Assembly: GCA_051003195.1 (NCBI GenBank)
Contig: JBPCLP010000003.1
Span: 13,215-77,214, forward strand
DNA: 64,000 nt
Direction: 5' to 3'
Source of the DNA: Candidatus Sumerlaeaceae bacterium
GTDB lineage: Bacteria > Sumerlaeota > Sumerlaeia > Sumerlaeales > Sumerlaeaceae
Within the stretch, counting starts at the first letter, position 1, and each line of letters begins with the position of its first letter. The position numbers were made by a program, and so were the translations under genes. The notes under the pieces were generated by a model. It saw only the letters and a list, made by a program, of their open reading frames with translations. It had not been told where the DNA came from and did not search any database. This document shows positions 30,903 to 40,342 of this stretch, one piece after another.

Positions 30903-31967
30903 TTGCGTCAAATTGCAAAATTGCTCGCCTGTGCCTTCTGCACCTCCATGTTCATGCTCATGTCTGCTCCCCCCATCTGTGCCGCATACCCGGACGGCCG
31001 CCCCGAGGCCAAAAATCGCATGGACGCCAAAGATCATGGTGTGGTCCTCCGCCACGGCACTGCCCCGCAGCAATGCGATTACCTCGGTGCACGCGACATC
31101 TGGGTGTGGCAGCACGGCGATACGGTCTTCATGCACTATGACGCCGCCGGACCCAAAGGCTGGCTGTGCGCTCTCGCCACTAGCAGCGACCTGACCAGCT
31201 GGACAACGCACGGTCCCGTCCTCGAACTCGGGCCGCCGGGCAGCGACGACAGCAAAAGCGCCAGCTATGGAACCACCTACCTTGAAAACGGCACGTGGCA
31301 CATGTTCTATCTTGGCACGCCCAACGTCACCCCACCGCCGGACCTCGTCCCCTCGTTTCCCTATCTAACCCTGAAGGCGCAGTCTAAAAGCCCGTACGGA
31401 CCCTGGACGAAGCAGCGCGACGTCGTTCCGTTCCGGCCAATTCCCGGGACTTACACCGAGAGCACCGCCAGCCCGGGTCACATCATCAAACAAGGCAACG
31501 AGTACCTGCAATTCTTCAGCGCTTCGCGTCTCGACAACGGTCTCTGCCGCCGCACCCTGGGCATCGCACGAACCCATGACCTGAACACAAGCTGGACCAT
31601 GGACAAGGAACCCATTGTACCTTTAACGGAACAGATTGAAAACTCATCACTTTATTATGAGGCGTCGATCTCCACCTGGTTCCTTTTCACGAACCACATC
31701 GGTATCGATGCAAACGGCGCCGAGTATACGGACGCGGTCTGGGTTTACTGGAGCAAGGAGCTCGGGCACTGGTCGGTCGATAATAAGGCGGTAGTCCTGG
31801 ACGGGCACAACTGCACCTGGTCCAGGAAGTGCATTGGTCTGCCATCGGTTCTCCCATGGAAAGGCCGACTGGCGATTTTCTATGATGCGCCCGGCGGCGA
31901 CAGCATCAACCACATGAAACGCGACGTCGGCCTCGCCTGGCTCGACCTGCCGCTGCGCGTCCCATGA
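30903..31967 (+). CDS. Secreted five-bladed beta-propeller glycosidase-like protein (GH43/GH32/GH130-like fold); start uncertain
   Basis: Repeated blades (ATSSDLTSWT, WHMFYLG, ARTHDLNTSW); signal peptide downstream of the REP element. Confidence 0.7.
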   Translation: MRQIAKLLACAFCTSMFMLMSAPPICAAYPDGRPEAKNRMDAKDHGVVLRHGTAPQQCDYLGARDIWVWQHGDTVFMHYDAAGPKGWLCALATSSDLTSWTTHGPVLELGPPGSDDSKSASYGTTYLENGTWHMFYLGTPNVTPPPDLVPSFPYLTLKAQSKSPYGPWTKQRDVVPFRPIPGTYTESTASPGHIIKQGNEYLQFFSASRLDNGLCRRTLGIARTHDLNTSWTMDKEPIVPLTEQIENSSLYYEASISTWFLFTNHIGIDANGAEYTDAVWVYWSKELGHWSVDNKAVVLDGHNCTWSRKCIGLPSVLPWKGRLAIFYDAPGGDSINHMKRDVGLAWLDLPLRVP

Positions 31968-33739
31968 AACATTGTTTTTCGTCGTCAATATCTGCAATTC
32001 TTCTGGGTCTACTTTACATGCAAACACCTGCGATACACGCCGCTGCCATCCCGCCCCCCGCGCGCCAGACCAGCGATCCATTACAGCTTCGCGTCGCGCT
32101 GCTCGGCAACCCGAACAGCTATCCGGAGTGGACCGATGCCCGACTTGCCTCGGTACGCGAAGCCGGTTTTAACGCGATTCAGATCAATATCGCGTGGCTC
32201 AGCCGGCCAAATGACGAGGCGTTGAACTTGCGCGATGTGGTGACTCTTCCTGCCGACAAGGAAGCTACACGGACCGCCCAGCGCCGTGATGAGTTGCACA
32301 AGCGCGCTACTTTGGCGCATAAGGCAGGACTGCGTACGATCTTCCACTTTGGCTCGCCATACATGTGGCGCAATCCGGAAACCGGTGAGGTGAAGCCGCA
32401 GAACCCCGAAACCTTCCATGCAAACCCTCCGTGGTTTGACGTCACGAATCCCAAAGTGGTCGAATACGAGACTGCGCTGTTACGGAAGTTTCGAAGCGAG
32501 TTTCCGGAAGTCGACGACATCCTTGTCTACACCTATGACCAGGATGCCTGGCAGGCATCGGAGTTTGGCATCGGACCCTCGCGCGGCGTGCCGCTGCACG
32601 AAAGATTGCACAAATACCTGTACGCACTGCACATTGCTTGGACCGAAGGACGCGAGACCAGCTGCACAATGTGGTGGGAGCCGTGGGAGCTTTCTGCCGG
32701 ACAGGTTCTCAAGTGCGTGCCGCAGCTGCCACGTTTCGCGTTCGGGCTGATGCTGCACTCCAACATTGCAGAAGTACAGATTGCTTACCCGGTCGACGTC
32801 TGGTTCCGCAACACCGCACGGATGGCACAGGAATTCGGCATTCCGGTGATCGCGGAGGGCTTCTTCGGCTCTGCCACCGAGGAAATCCAGCCTCTGGCCT
32901 TTCCTTTCCCACGTCTCACAGACGAGCAGTTCCTCGCCGTAACAAGTGTGGCAGGTGTCAATGGTGTGAAGGAATACTTCGGAATCACGACGGATGAGCC
33001 CGATTACAATCTTCACATGTTCACTGCGCGGCTGAAAAACCCGGGCAAAACAACGCAGGCCCTGCTGCAAATGATCGCGAAAGACTTCGGCGCGCAGCAG
33101 GAAGCCGGCGTAAGATTATTTCAGCTACTCTCCGATGCCATGCAGCTCTTCCCGTGGGATGTGAGCTGGTATGCGAGACTCGCCGGTACCGCCTTGATCG
33201 ATCACGGGTGGCGCGCGGCTGCGATTCGCGGCCAGCAGGTTGAAACACCGAGTTGGGAATCCACACGCCGCTCCCATTTTATGATGACCGAGGACAAGCA
33301 GCCGCACCCATTCCTGCTGGAAGACGTGCAACTCCGCTGCGAACTAGCGCTCAAAAAGCTTGCAGAAGCCCGGGTGATCGGACGCGTGTTAATTGCCACG
33401 CTGCCTGATAGCCCAGATCGCAAGGCGATAATCAAGGCGCTCTCCGACGTGGACAAGTTCCGACGCGTCGTCAGCAGTTACGCGCTGCACATTCGTGAGA
33501 CCAACGTCGCGATGCTGCTTCGCGGCGATTTAAGCGAAGGCCGCCCTATGACCCCGCATCTTTTGAATGAAATGGAAGCGCTTCTCATCGCCGACGTGGA
33601 AAATCAGGGGGGTACCGGACGCGTCGTTGAGATGCAGCAGAAGTTCAAAGCCGACCCGGCCGCGTTCGTCAAAGAACACCTCCTGCCCTTCGATAAAGAC
33701 GTGAGGGAGAGAGGGATTTTTACTTTAACGACAAGGTGA
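31964..33739 (+). CDS. Secreted hypothetical protein, possible TIM-barrel glycoside hydrolase
   Basis: Signal peptide; AGFNAIQINIAW...AHKAGLRTIF; ATGA overlap with the upstream gene. Confidence 0.65.
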   Translation: MKHCFSSSISAILLGLLYMQTPAIHAAAIPPPARQTSDPLQLRVALLGNPNSYPEWTDARLASVREAGFNAIQINIAWLSRPNDEALNLRDVVTLPADKEATRTAQRRDELHKRATLAHKAGLRTIFHFGSPYMWRNPETGEVKPQNPETFHANPPWFDVTNPKVVEYETALLRKFRSEFPEVDDILVYTYDQDAWQASEFGIGPSRGVPLHERLHKYLYALHIAWTEGRETSCTMWWEPWELSAGQVLKCVPQLPRFAFGLMLHSNIAEVQIAYPVDVWFRNTARMAQEFGIPVIAEGFFGSATEEIQPLAFPFPRLTDEQFLAVTSVAGVNGVKEYFGITTDEPDYNLHMFTARLKNPGKTTQALLQMIAKDFGAQQEAGVRLFQLLSDAMQLFPWDVSWYARLAGTALIDHGWRAAAIRGQQVETPSWESTRRSHFMMTEDKQPHPFLLEDVQLRCELALKKLAEARVIGRVLIATLPDSPDRKAIIKALSDVDKFRRVVSSYALHIRETNVAMLLRGDLSEGRPMTPHLLNEMEALLIADVENQGGTGRVVEMQQKFKADPAAFVKEHLLPFDKDVRERGIFTLTTR

Positions 33740-33761
33740 TTTGCGCCCGGATCGCTTCTTG

Positions 33762-34154
33762 TTACTGCTCATCGAAGTAAGTGCGAACGCGCCTTAGGAA
33801 CTCCGCCGCCTGCTCTGCACTTAACTGGGCGTCTTCCGGCCCGACCTCCGCCCACGCCTCATAATCTCCCATGTTACGCAGTTCAAATGCCCGGTGCAGC
33901 CACTCGGACATCTGCTTGTTGAATGACCCTGGTTTCACAAATTCTCGATCGAACAGCGTAATCGCCCCTGAGTGTTTTCGTGTCGAGAGCCCCTTAGAAC
34001 AGAGCAATGCGAGAACCGCGTAAAACATCGCGTAATAGGCTCGGTTCATAGCAGCCCGATAATGACCATTCTCCAAGAGCAAAGTAGACGAGTCCACTGC
34101 TTCATCTGCCTCATTAAGCCGGTACTTAATGAGCTTAAGTAATTGCTCTTCCAT
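33762..34154 (-). CDS. HEPN domain protein (MNT-HEPN toxin-antitoxin pair)
   Basis: NRAYYAMF, KHSG, RNMGDY. Confidence 0.9.
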   Translation of the reverse strand: MEEQLLKLIKYRLNEADEAVDSSTLLLENGHYRAAMNRAYYAMFYAVLALLCSKGLSTRKHSGAITLFDREFVKPGSFNKQMSEWLHRAFELRNMGDYEAWAEVGPEDAQLSAEQAAEFLRRVRTYFDEQ

Positions 34155-34474
34155 TAAGCTATAATGCCATGTGCCAGTACGTCTCTCACAAGCGGGCTAA
34201 AAGAATGAGGTCCACTTTCGAATGATTCTTTCTCATAGCATAACGTTTGAAGCACAACTCCACGCTCAAACCCGATCTCCCAGGCGATATGCCAAATAGA
34301 GTCACGTATCGCTGGTGTAAGCGAAGGCACCACCACGCAAAGATCTAAGTCGGAATCAATAGTAGCATCGCCACGCACACGTGAGCCGAAACCATAAACC
34401 TGGGCACCAGGAAACGCTTGGCGAACTTTTTGTGCAAAATCTCTTAGCGTTTCCGCATCTAACAAGTTTAGCAT
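34154..34474 (-). CDS. Minimal nucleotidyltransferase (MNT)
   Basis: FGSRVRGD...SDLDLCVV. Confidence 0.9.
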   Translation of the reverse strand: MLNLLDAETLRDFAQKVRQAFPGAQVYGFGSRVRGDATIDSDLDLCVVVPSLTPAIRDSIWHIAWEIGFERGVVLQTLCYEKESFESGPHSFSPLVRDVLAHGIIA

Positions 34475-34552
34475 CGGATCCTCTGACCTCTATACAACAG
34501 CTGCCTGTTGAGCTTCAAGAGGCGGCGTTTCGCTCGCTCCATTCAACAGGCG

Positions 34553-35602
34553 TTATGCACTCACCTTCTGCACCTTACCCGTCTTCGCCGCCTTCATTGC
34601 GGCTTCGACAACGCGCATGCTGTGCAGGCCAGCCGCGCCGCTGATCGGCGGTTCAGTTCCATTAAGCACCGCCTTGCTGAAGTCTTCGATTTCGGCCAGG
34701 TAGGTGTTGCGAAATTTCGACAGTTCGATTGCCGCGTACTTACCGCTGTCGCGTTGTTGGGCCGCGCTGTAACCGCTGGCCTTTCCGATGGTGCAAACCT
34801 GCACGTCCCCGGCCGGCCCCTGGCCAATCGTCATCTTCGCTTTCACGCAACCTTTGCTGCCCTGGATCTCCAGCACATTCTCGCTCGCTTCATCGGGGAT
34901 GCAGAATGCGCAGTCCACAAATCCAATCGCGCCATTCGCAAACTTCAGCAGCAGGGCGTTTGCATCGTCGCTTTTGTAATTCTGCACGCGCGTCTCGATA
35001 TAGCCACCGACTTCCGCCACAGGGCCGAGCAGCATTTCCAGCAGGTCGATGCAGTGCACTGCGAGGTCCATGATCGCGCCGCCGCCCCCACACTTTGGAT
35101 CCTGCCGCCATGCACCGGGCATTTGCGGATACCAGCACGTAAGCTGCGCGCGCGCGAAAACGATCTTACCAAGCCCGCCTTTATCGATCAGCTTCTTGAT
35201 CTGCTGGTGCGCCGCGTTGTAGCGCATCATGAACCCGACGCCAAGTTTCACCCCGGCTTTCTCGCAGGCGCTCAACATCGCCGCCGCGTCCTTTGCATTT
35301 AGTGCCAGCGGTTTTTCACAGAAGACATGCTTCCCGGCTTTCGCTGCCGCAATAGCCTGCGCCTTGTGCTGATCGTTCGGGCTGGCAATGTAGACCGCCT
35401 GCACCGCCGGATCTGCCAACAGGTCTTTTATATTATCATACGACTTCACACCGTACTTCGCACCCAGCGCTGCAGCCTTCTCCGCATGCGGGGTCATGAC
35501 CGCAACAAGCTTCGCGTTCTTCGCCGGTACAATCCCCTCGGGAATCGTCCGCCGATCCGCAATCCCCCCTGCACCAATGACCCCCCATCCTAACTTCGCC
35601 AT
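34553..35602 (-). CDS. Gfo/Idh/MocA family oxidoreductase
   Basis: GAGGIA, CEKP, GGGAIMDLAVH. Confidence 0.93.
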   Translation of the reverse strand: MAKLGWGVIGAGGIADRRTIPEGIVPAKNAKLVAVMTPHAEKAAALGAKYGVKSYDNIKDLLADPAVQAVYIASPNDQHKAQAIAAAKAGKHVFCEKPLALNAKDAAAMLSACEKAGVKLGVGFMMRYNAAHQQIKKLIDKGGLGKIVFARAQLTCWYPQMPGAWRQDPKCGGGGAIMDLAVHCIDLLEMLLGPVAEVGGYIETRVQNYKSDDANALLLKFANGAIGFVDCAFCIPDEASENVLEIQGSKGCVKAKMTIGQGPAGDVQVCTIGKASGYSAAQQRDSGKYAAIELSKFRNTYLAEIEDFSKAVLNGTEPPISGAAGLHSMRVVEAAMKAAKTGKVQKVSA

Positions 35603-35659
35603 TCTCCTACTCCTCTTGGCGGCCGCTGCATATTGGTCTCACGGCTTGGCCACTAGTGT

Positions 35660-35748
35660 TTCGCTCAGTTGGAAACTCGACAGTACTCGGTGATTCGCTC
35701 ACTCGGAAACTCGAAAGTACTCCGCACTCCGCATTCCGCACTCCGCAT
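35660..35748. repeat. Intergenic 29-bp direct repeat pair followed by four TCCGCA(C/T) heptamers
   Basis: TTCGCTCA...GGAAACTCGA.AGTACTC at 35660 and 35694; heptamers at 35721-35748. Confidence 0.75.
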
Positions 35749-35753
35749 TTCAG

Positions 35754-37034
35754 CTAGCCCTTCGAATACGCGCGTATCACCTTCTTAATCCCTCTGGCGA
35801 TCTGCTTCATGTGATTAACGCCCAGCGTCGGGTGCACCACCGTGATAAAAGTCCGGTCCTGGTGCCACGCCGCATTCGCGCAGACGACATCCTTGTACTG
35901 CACGCTTTTCGGGCTCGTGTACTCCTTGCTGCGGAACGGGAACTTCGCCTTGGCGCCAAATCCATTATGCTCGCGGTACGCGCGCTCGTTGTAGCACTGC
36001 GGCCAGAACACCGGGTGGTTCGGGACACCCTCCGCCGTCAGTGCCGCCAGGAACTGCTTCATGTCGCACTTCAGCTTCTTAAGGTCCAGCGTCATCGGAA
36101 ACACAAAGAACCCATTCTGCCGCTGTTGCGTATGCACGGGCAGGTACATGATCTCGGGTACATTGCTGAGCGCATCGATCAGGATCTGTCCGTTGCGCTG
36201 ACGGTTCTTCAGGTTCCAGTTCTCGAAACGTTCCAGTTCGTAGATGCCCAATATCGACTGCATCTCCGTCAGCCGATAGTTATAGCCGACCCGGTTATGG
36301 ATGTAGGGCAGCTTCGCTTCCAGTTCCAGCAGGCGCATGCGCTCGCGCACATCGTACCCGTGGTCGCGGAAAGATCGGCACTGCCAGCCGATTTCCTCAT
36401 CATCCGTAATCACCGCGCCGCCTTCGCCCCCCGTTGTAAACGATTTGCTCTGGCAAAAGCTGAACGCACCCGCGTGACCGATGGTCCCCACCTTCCTCCC
36501 CTTGTACGTGCCGCCGTGTGCCTGCGCGCAATCTTCCAGCACCAGCAGCTTGTGTTTCTTCGCGATTGCCATGATCGGGTCCATGTCGCAGATGTTGCCA
36601 TAAAGATGCACGGGTATGATTGCCTTCGTGCGCCGCGTGATCTTGCTCGCGATATCCTTCGCGGAAATACAATGATCGTTTTTATTTACGTCAGCGAACA
36701 CTGGAATCGCGCCCGCTTGTACAATGCAGAACGACGACGCAATGAACGTGTACGACGGCACAATGACTTCGTCGCCCGGACCTATACCCATCGCCGCGAG
36801 TGCCGTATGCAGCGCGCTGGTGCCGCTGTTACAACTGATAGCGAACTGTACGCCATGGTACGTGGCCCACTTTTCCTCGAACTCCATGCCGCGTGTGCCC
36901 GTCCAGTAGTTTACCTGGCCGCTTTCCAGTGGCTCCAGAATCGCCTTCTTGCCCTTTTCCGAAAATCTCGGCCAGCCCGGGAGAGGTCCCGTTACTGCAG
37001 GTGCGCCGCCATCTATTGCCAGTTGCTCAGCCAT
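35754..37034 (-). CDS. DegT/DnrJ/EryC1/StrS family PLP aminotransferase
   Basis: NSGTSAL, VHLYG, EDCAQAHG, FSFCQSKSFTTGGEGG. Confidence 0.93.
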   Translation of the reverse strand: MAEQLAIDGGAPAVTGPLPGWPRFSEKGKKAILEPLESGQVNYWTGTRGMEFEEKWATYHGVQFAISCNSGTSALHTALAAMGIGPGDEVIVPSYTFIASSFCIVQAGAIPVFADVNKNDHCISAKDIASKITRRTKAIIPVHLYGNICDMDPIMAIAKKHKLLVLEDCAQAHGGTYKGRKVGTIGHAGAFSFCQSKSFTTGGEGGAVITDDEEIGWQCRSFRDHGYDVRERMRLLELEAKLPYIHNRVGYNYRLTEMQSILGIYELERFENWNLKNRQRNGQILIDALSNVPEIMYLPVHTQQRQNGFFVFPMTLDLKKLKCDMKQFLAALTAEGVPNHPVFWPQCYNERAYREHNGFGAKAKFPFRSKEYTSPKSVQYKDVVCANAAWHQDRTFITVVHPTLGVNHMKQIARGIKKVIRAYSKG

Positions 37035-37070
37035 GTGTCCTGTCCATCTTCCTTTAAGTTCTGCGCGCGA

Positions 37071-38498
37071 TCAAACCGCGTCAGTTGTTGCCATCTCAAT
37101 CAGAGTATCAACGATTTCGTTGCCCGCGTTTTTCGGCAAATAGCTGGGTCCGAGCCCGGGCTCATACCCTCCCTGCTCGAAAGCCTGGGGTGTGGGAATG
37201 TAGTTGGAAAGCCCGTTCGCAAGTCCCACCAGCAGCGCCAGCTGCGTGGCGGAACGCTGCTGTCTTTCGATGCGTTCGGCAAACGAGAGCCCGAACTCCA
37301 CGAAGATTTCCGCGGGAACTGTTCCAAGCATCACGTCACCGATCCGGATCACCTGCAGCGGAAGAACAATTTTGCCTTCACGCATGGTCCCAAACTTTCC
37401 CGGATACCGTCCAGTCGTGTTCGCCTCCACCAGCTTAAGGGTGCGCCGCGCATTTAGTTCCGGCGGAACTCCGTCCGGCATCGACAAATCGTGCCCGTCG
37501 TAGGCCGCCAGTAACTCCTTCGCGGCCGCAATTTGGTCTTCAGGTATTTCCCGGATCGGTAGTGACAATTCGTGATTGGTGACGCTGAGCAGACAACTCC
37601 TCTGTGTTTGTCTCTGTGTCTCCGTGTCTCGGTGGTTAATTCTCTCCACAATCTCCAGCACGCTTGCCGCCAGCGAAGCTGCACACCGATGCACTTCCTG
37701 CGCATCGCGCCCGCGCTCGGGGTGCTGGTAATCGATATGGTTCACGTTGCCCGCCGCGCCATGCAGAAAGAGCATTGCCTGGCATCCAAAGCCTTGCTCC
37801 AGCTGTGCCATGGCAAAGCCTGCAAAATCGCCTGACATCTGCAGATTCGCGCCGGCAAGAATCGCCGGGTGACACGGGTAATGCACAAACCCGCCGAGCA
37901 TTTCCCCGTCATCCGCACGAAACACTACCGCCGATACGCGCGGATCAATCGGCCCTAGCGGCCCCTCCACCTCTTCAACGGGTGGCAGCTCCCAGTTCAT
38001 CACCGTCTCACCCGTTTTCATCAGCAGGCGGCGATTGTTCGCAATCTCGCGATTCTCCGCAGTGCCCCATTGCATCGTGCATTCGCGTGCGTTCGCCTGC
38101 GCGGTCCGTGCCGCCTCCAGAATGCGACCCGGCAGCATTTCCCAGAACGGCTTCAGCAGCTCTCCATCGCGCTCCAGCTTATCGTCATTCCAACACAGCG
38201 ACTGAAACGTATCCGGCCCACTGTGCGTGTGCGTGCTGCACATCGTCACATTCCCAACCGGAATACCCAGCTCCGCAGCAACCGCAGCCCTCAGCCGGTC
38301 CGCATCCGCCTGCCACATTCCCAGCAGATCCAGCGAGACAATACAAATCCGCGTAATTCCATCGTTCAAAAACAGCGCACGCGCATACAGGTCCTGCAGT
38401 ACCCCACGCGCATAATTATCCAGCCGCGCATTCCCGCCCATCGGTGTGCCGAGCTCCGGCGTGATGATCGACTTAGCTGTTCCAGCACGCAATGCCAT
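37071..38498 (-). CDS. Neutral/alkaline ceramidase-like metal amidohydrolase
   Basis: STHTHSGP, NNRR, GPIDP, YPCHP, GAAGNVN, YIPT..AF..GGYE. Confidence 0.85.
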   Translation of the reverse strand: MALRAGTAKSIITPELGTPMGGNARLDNYARGVLQDLYARALFLNDGITRICIVSLDLLGMWQADADRLRAAVAAELGIPVGNVTMCSTHTHSGPDTFQSLCWNDDKLERDGELLKPFWEMLPGRILEAARTAQANARECTMQWGTAENREIANNRRLLMKTGETVMNWELPPVEEVEGPLGPIDPRVSAVVFRADDGEMLGGFVHYPCHPAILAGANLQMSGDFAGFAMAQLEQGFGCQAMLFLHGAAGNVNHIDYQHPERGRDAQEVHRCAASLAASVLEIVERINHRDTETQRQTQRSCLLSVTNHELSLPIREIPEDQIAAAKELLAAYDGHDLSMPDGVPPELNARRTLKLVEANTTGRYPGKFGTMREGKIVLPLQVIRIGDVMLGTVPAEIFVEFGLSFAERIERQQRSATQLALLVGLANGLSNYIPTPQAFEQGGYEPGLGPSYLPKNAGNEIVDTLIEMATTDAV

Positions 38499-38501
38499 CG
38501 C

Positions 38502-39398
38502 TTATCCCTTAACTGCGCCGGCCGTCAGGCCGCTCTGTATCTGCCGCTGGAAAAGTGTATAAATAATGATTGTCGGAATAACGCCAATCGTCAGCCCCGC
38601 AAACAGCGCGCCCCAGTCCTGCTGGTATTTCTGTGTCATCGTGAGATTGGCCATGCCAAGTGGAAGCGTGTGCACCTTCTCAGACTTCTGCAGCAGCACC
38701 AGCGCCAGCGGGTACTCGTTCCACAGGCTGATAAACACAAAGATGCCCGCTGTAACCATCCCCGGTTTCGCCAGCGGAAGCATTATGCGCCAGAAGATCA
38801 GGAAGGGCGATGCTCCATCCGCCGCAGCCGCCTCTGCCAGTTCTCCAGGCAGCGACCTGAAAAACCCCGTTAGAATAAAAACCGTAAAGGGCAGCGAAAA
38901 CGCGGCGTACACAAGTGCCAGCCAGATGCGATCGTCCGCAAGGTTCAGCCATTCCGTCACACCACCGCCCAGCAGGGGAAAATTGGTACGAATCCACTGT
39001 TGTCCCGTGGTAACCAGGATAAACAACGGAACAATACCGAGAAACGCGGGTAGCGCCATCCCGCCTATAAACGTGAACAGCAGCGGCCGGTTCCCATGAA
39101 ACCGAAACCGCGCAACCACGTATGCCACCATCGACCCCAGCATAAGCGCAATCGCCAGTGCAGCGAAATCCACCAGCACCGAGTTGACGATCTTGTGATC
39201 GAGTGCTCCGCGCTCCCAGGCGTTGCCATAGTTCTCCCATCGCAGTTCACTCGGCAGCGCCCACGGGTCGACAAAGATGCTCCACGAGTCGCGAAACGAA
39301 ATGCTCAGCAGCCACAGCATCGGGTAGACGACGAACACAAACTGCAGCGTGAGTATCGCGTACCACACCAGGCGCGATGAGCGGCTCGAGACGATCAT
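38502..39398 (-). CDS. Carbohydrate ABC transporter permease
   Basis: EAAAADGAS, WNEY, GLTAGAVKG. Confidence 0.93.
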   Translation of the reverse strand: MIVSSRSSRLVWYAILTLQFVFVVYPMLWLLSISFRDSWSIFVDPWALPSELRWENYGNAWERGALDHKIVNSVLVDFAALAIALMLGSMVAYVVARFRFHGNRPLLFTFIGGMALPAFLGIVPLFILVTTGQQWIRTNFPLLGGGVTEWLNLADDRIWLALVYAAFSLPFTVFILTGFFRSLPGELAEAAAADGASPFLIFWRIMLPLAKPGMVTAGIFVFISLWNEYPLALVLLQKSEKVHTLPLGMANLTMTQKYQQDWGALFAGLTIGVIPTIIIYTLFQRQIQSGLTAGAVKG

Positions 39399-40342
39399 AG
39401 CTCGATAGTCTCGCGCCGGAAGAAGCGGCCCACAACGGTGGCCAGCAAAAGCAGCAACGCCAGCTGGGTCACGCCGATGGTACAGGCGTAGCCGAAGTTC
39501 CCGTTTTTGAATGCCTGCTCGTATAGATAAGTCAGCGCGACATCCACGTGCCGGTCGGGATTACCTTCCGTCACCAGGAACACCAGGGCAAACACGTTAA
39601 GCGAATTGATGATGATGTAAATGATCGCCGTCTTCAGCAGGTCGCCGAGCAGCGGCAGCGTCACATGCCAGAACTCCTGCCAGGCGCTTGCGCCGTCAAT
39701 GCGTGCGGCATCGGTATAATCAGCAGGAATTCGCAAAATGCCCGCATAGAACAGCATCACATAGAAACCCGCCGCGCCCCACACATGCACCAGCATCAGC
39801 ACCAGCAGTGCATAGCGCGGTTCGCCCAGCCACGCATGGGTGAACTGGTCCAGTCCGGCCTTGCGCAGAATTGCGTTCACCAGTCCGAACGAGGGATTAA
39901 AGATAAACGACCACAACAGCGCCGTGGCGACAACCGGCATTACGTTCGGGAACAGGAAGCTGACACGATAGAATGCCCGACCGCTCCGGATACTCGTCAG
40001 CCCCACCGCAAGCAACAGCGCCAGGCAAATAGTGATCGGTCCAGCAATCACCAGGAACGCAAGGTTGTGCATCAGCGCGCCGTGAAAGTTCTCGTCGCGC
40101 AACAGGCGCGTATAGTTCTCCAGGCCGACAAACGTAAACTTCGTGGAAGACGCAGCGCCGCGGCAGAAGGACAGATAAATTGCGCGCGCCATGGGAAACA
40201 GGAAGAACACACCGTAAAGCAGAAGCGCCGGAATCACAAAAATCAGGATCAGCCTGATCGGCCGGTACAGGTCCGCCGTCGCAATGCCGCGCCTGCGGGC
40301 CGTACCAGTGCTTGCGCGGGATATGTTTACAGCCTTGCTCAC
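39395..40342 (-). CDS. Carbohydrate ABC transporter permease
   Basis: FVGLENY, DAARIDGAS, FGYAC. Confidence 0.93.
   Translation of the reverse strand: MSKAVNISRASTGTARRRGIATADLYRPIRLILIFVIPALLLYGVFFLFPMARAIYLSFCRGAASSTKFTFVGLENYTRLLRDENFHGALMHNLAFLVIAGPITICLALLLAVGLTSIRSGRAFYRVSFLFPNVMPVVATALLWSFIFNPSFGLVNAILRKAGLDQFTHAWLGEPRYALLVLMLVHVWGAAGFYVMLFYAGILRIPADYTDAARIDGASAWQEFWHVTLPLLGDLLKTAIIYIIINSLNVFALVFLVTEGNPDRHVDVALTYLYEQAFKNGNFGYACTIGVTQLALLLLLATVVGRFFRRETIEL

Noticed and set aside
35811..37457. 548-aa plus-strand ORF (likewise 45949-47184)
   Set aside because: Antisense to well-supported DegT/ceramidase (and prpD) genes; no recognisable motifs.
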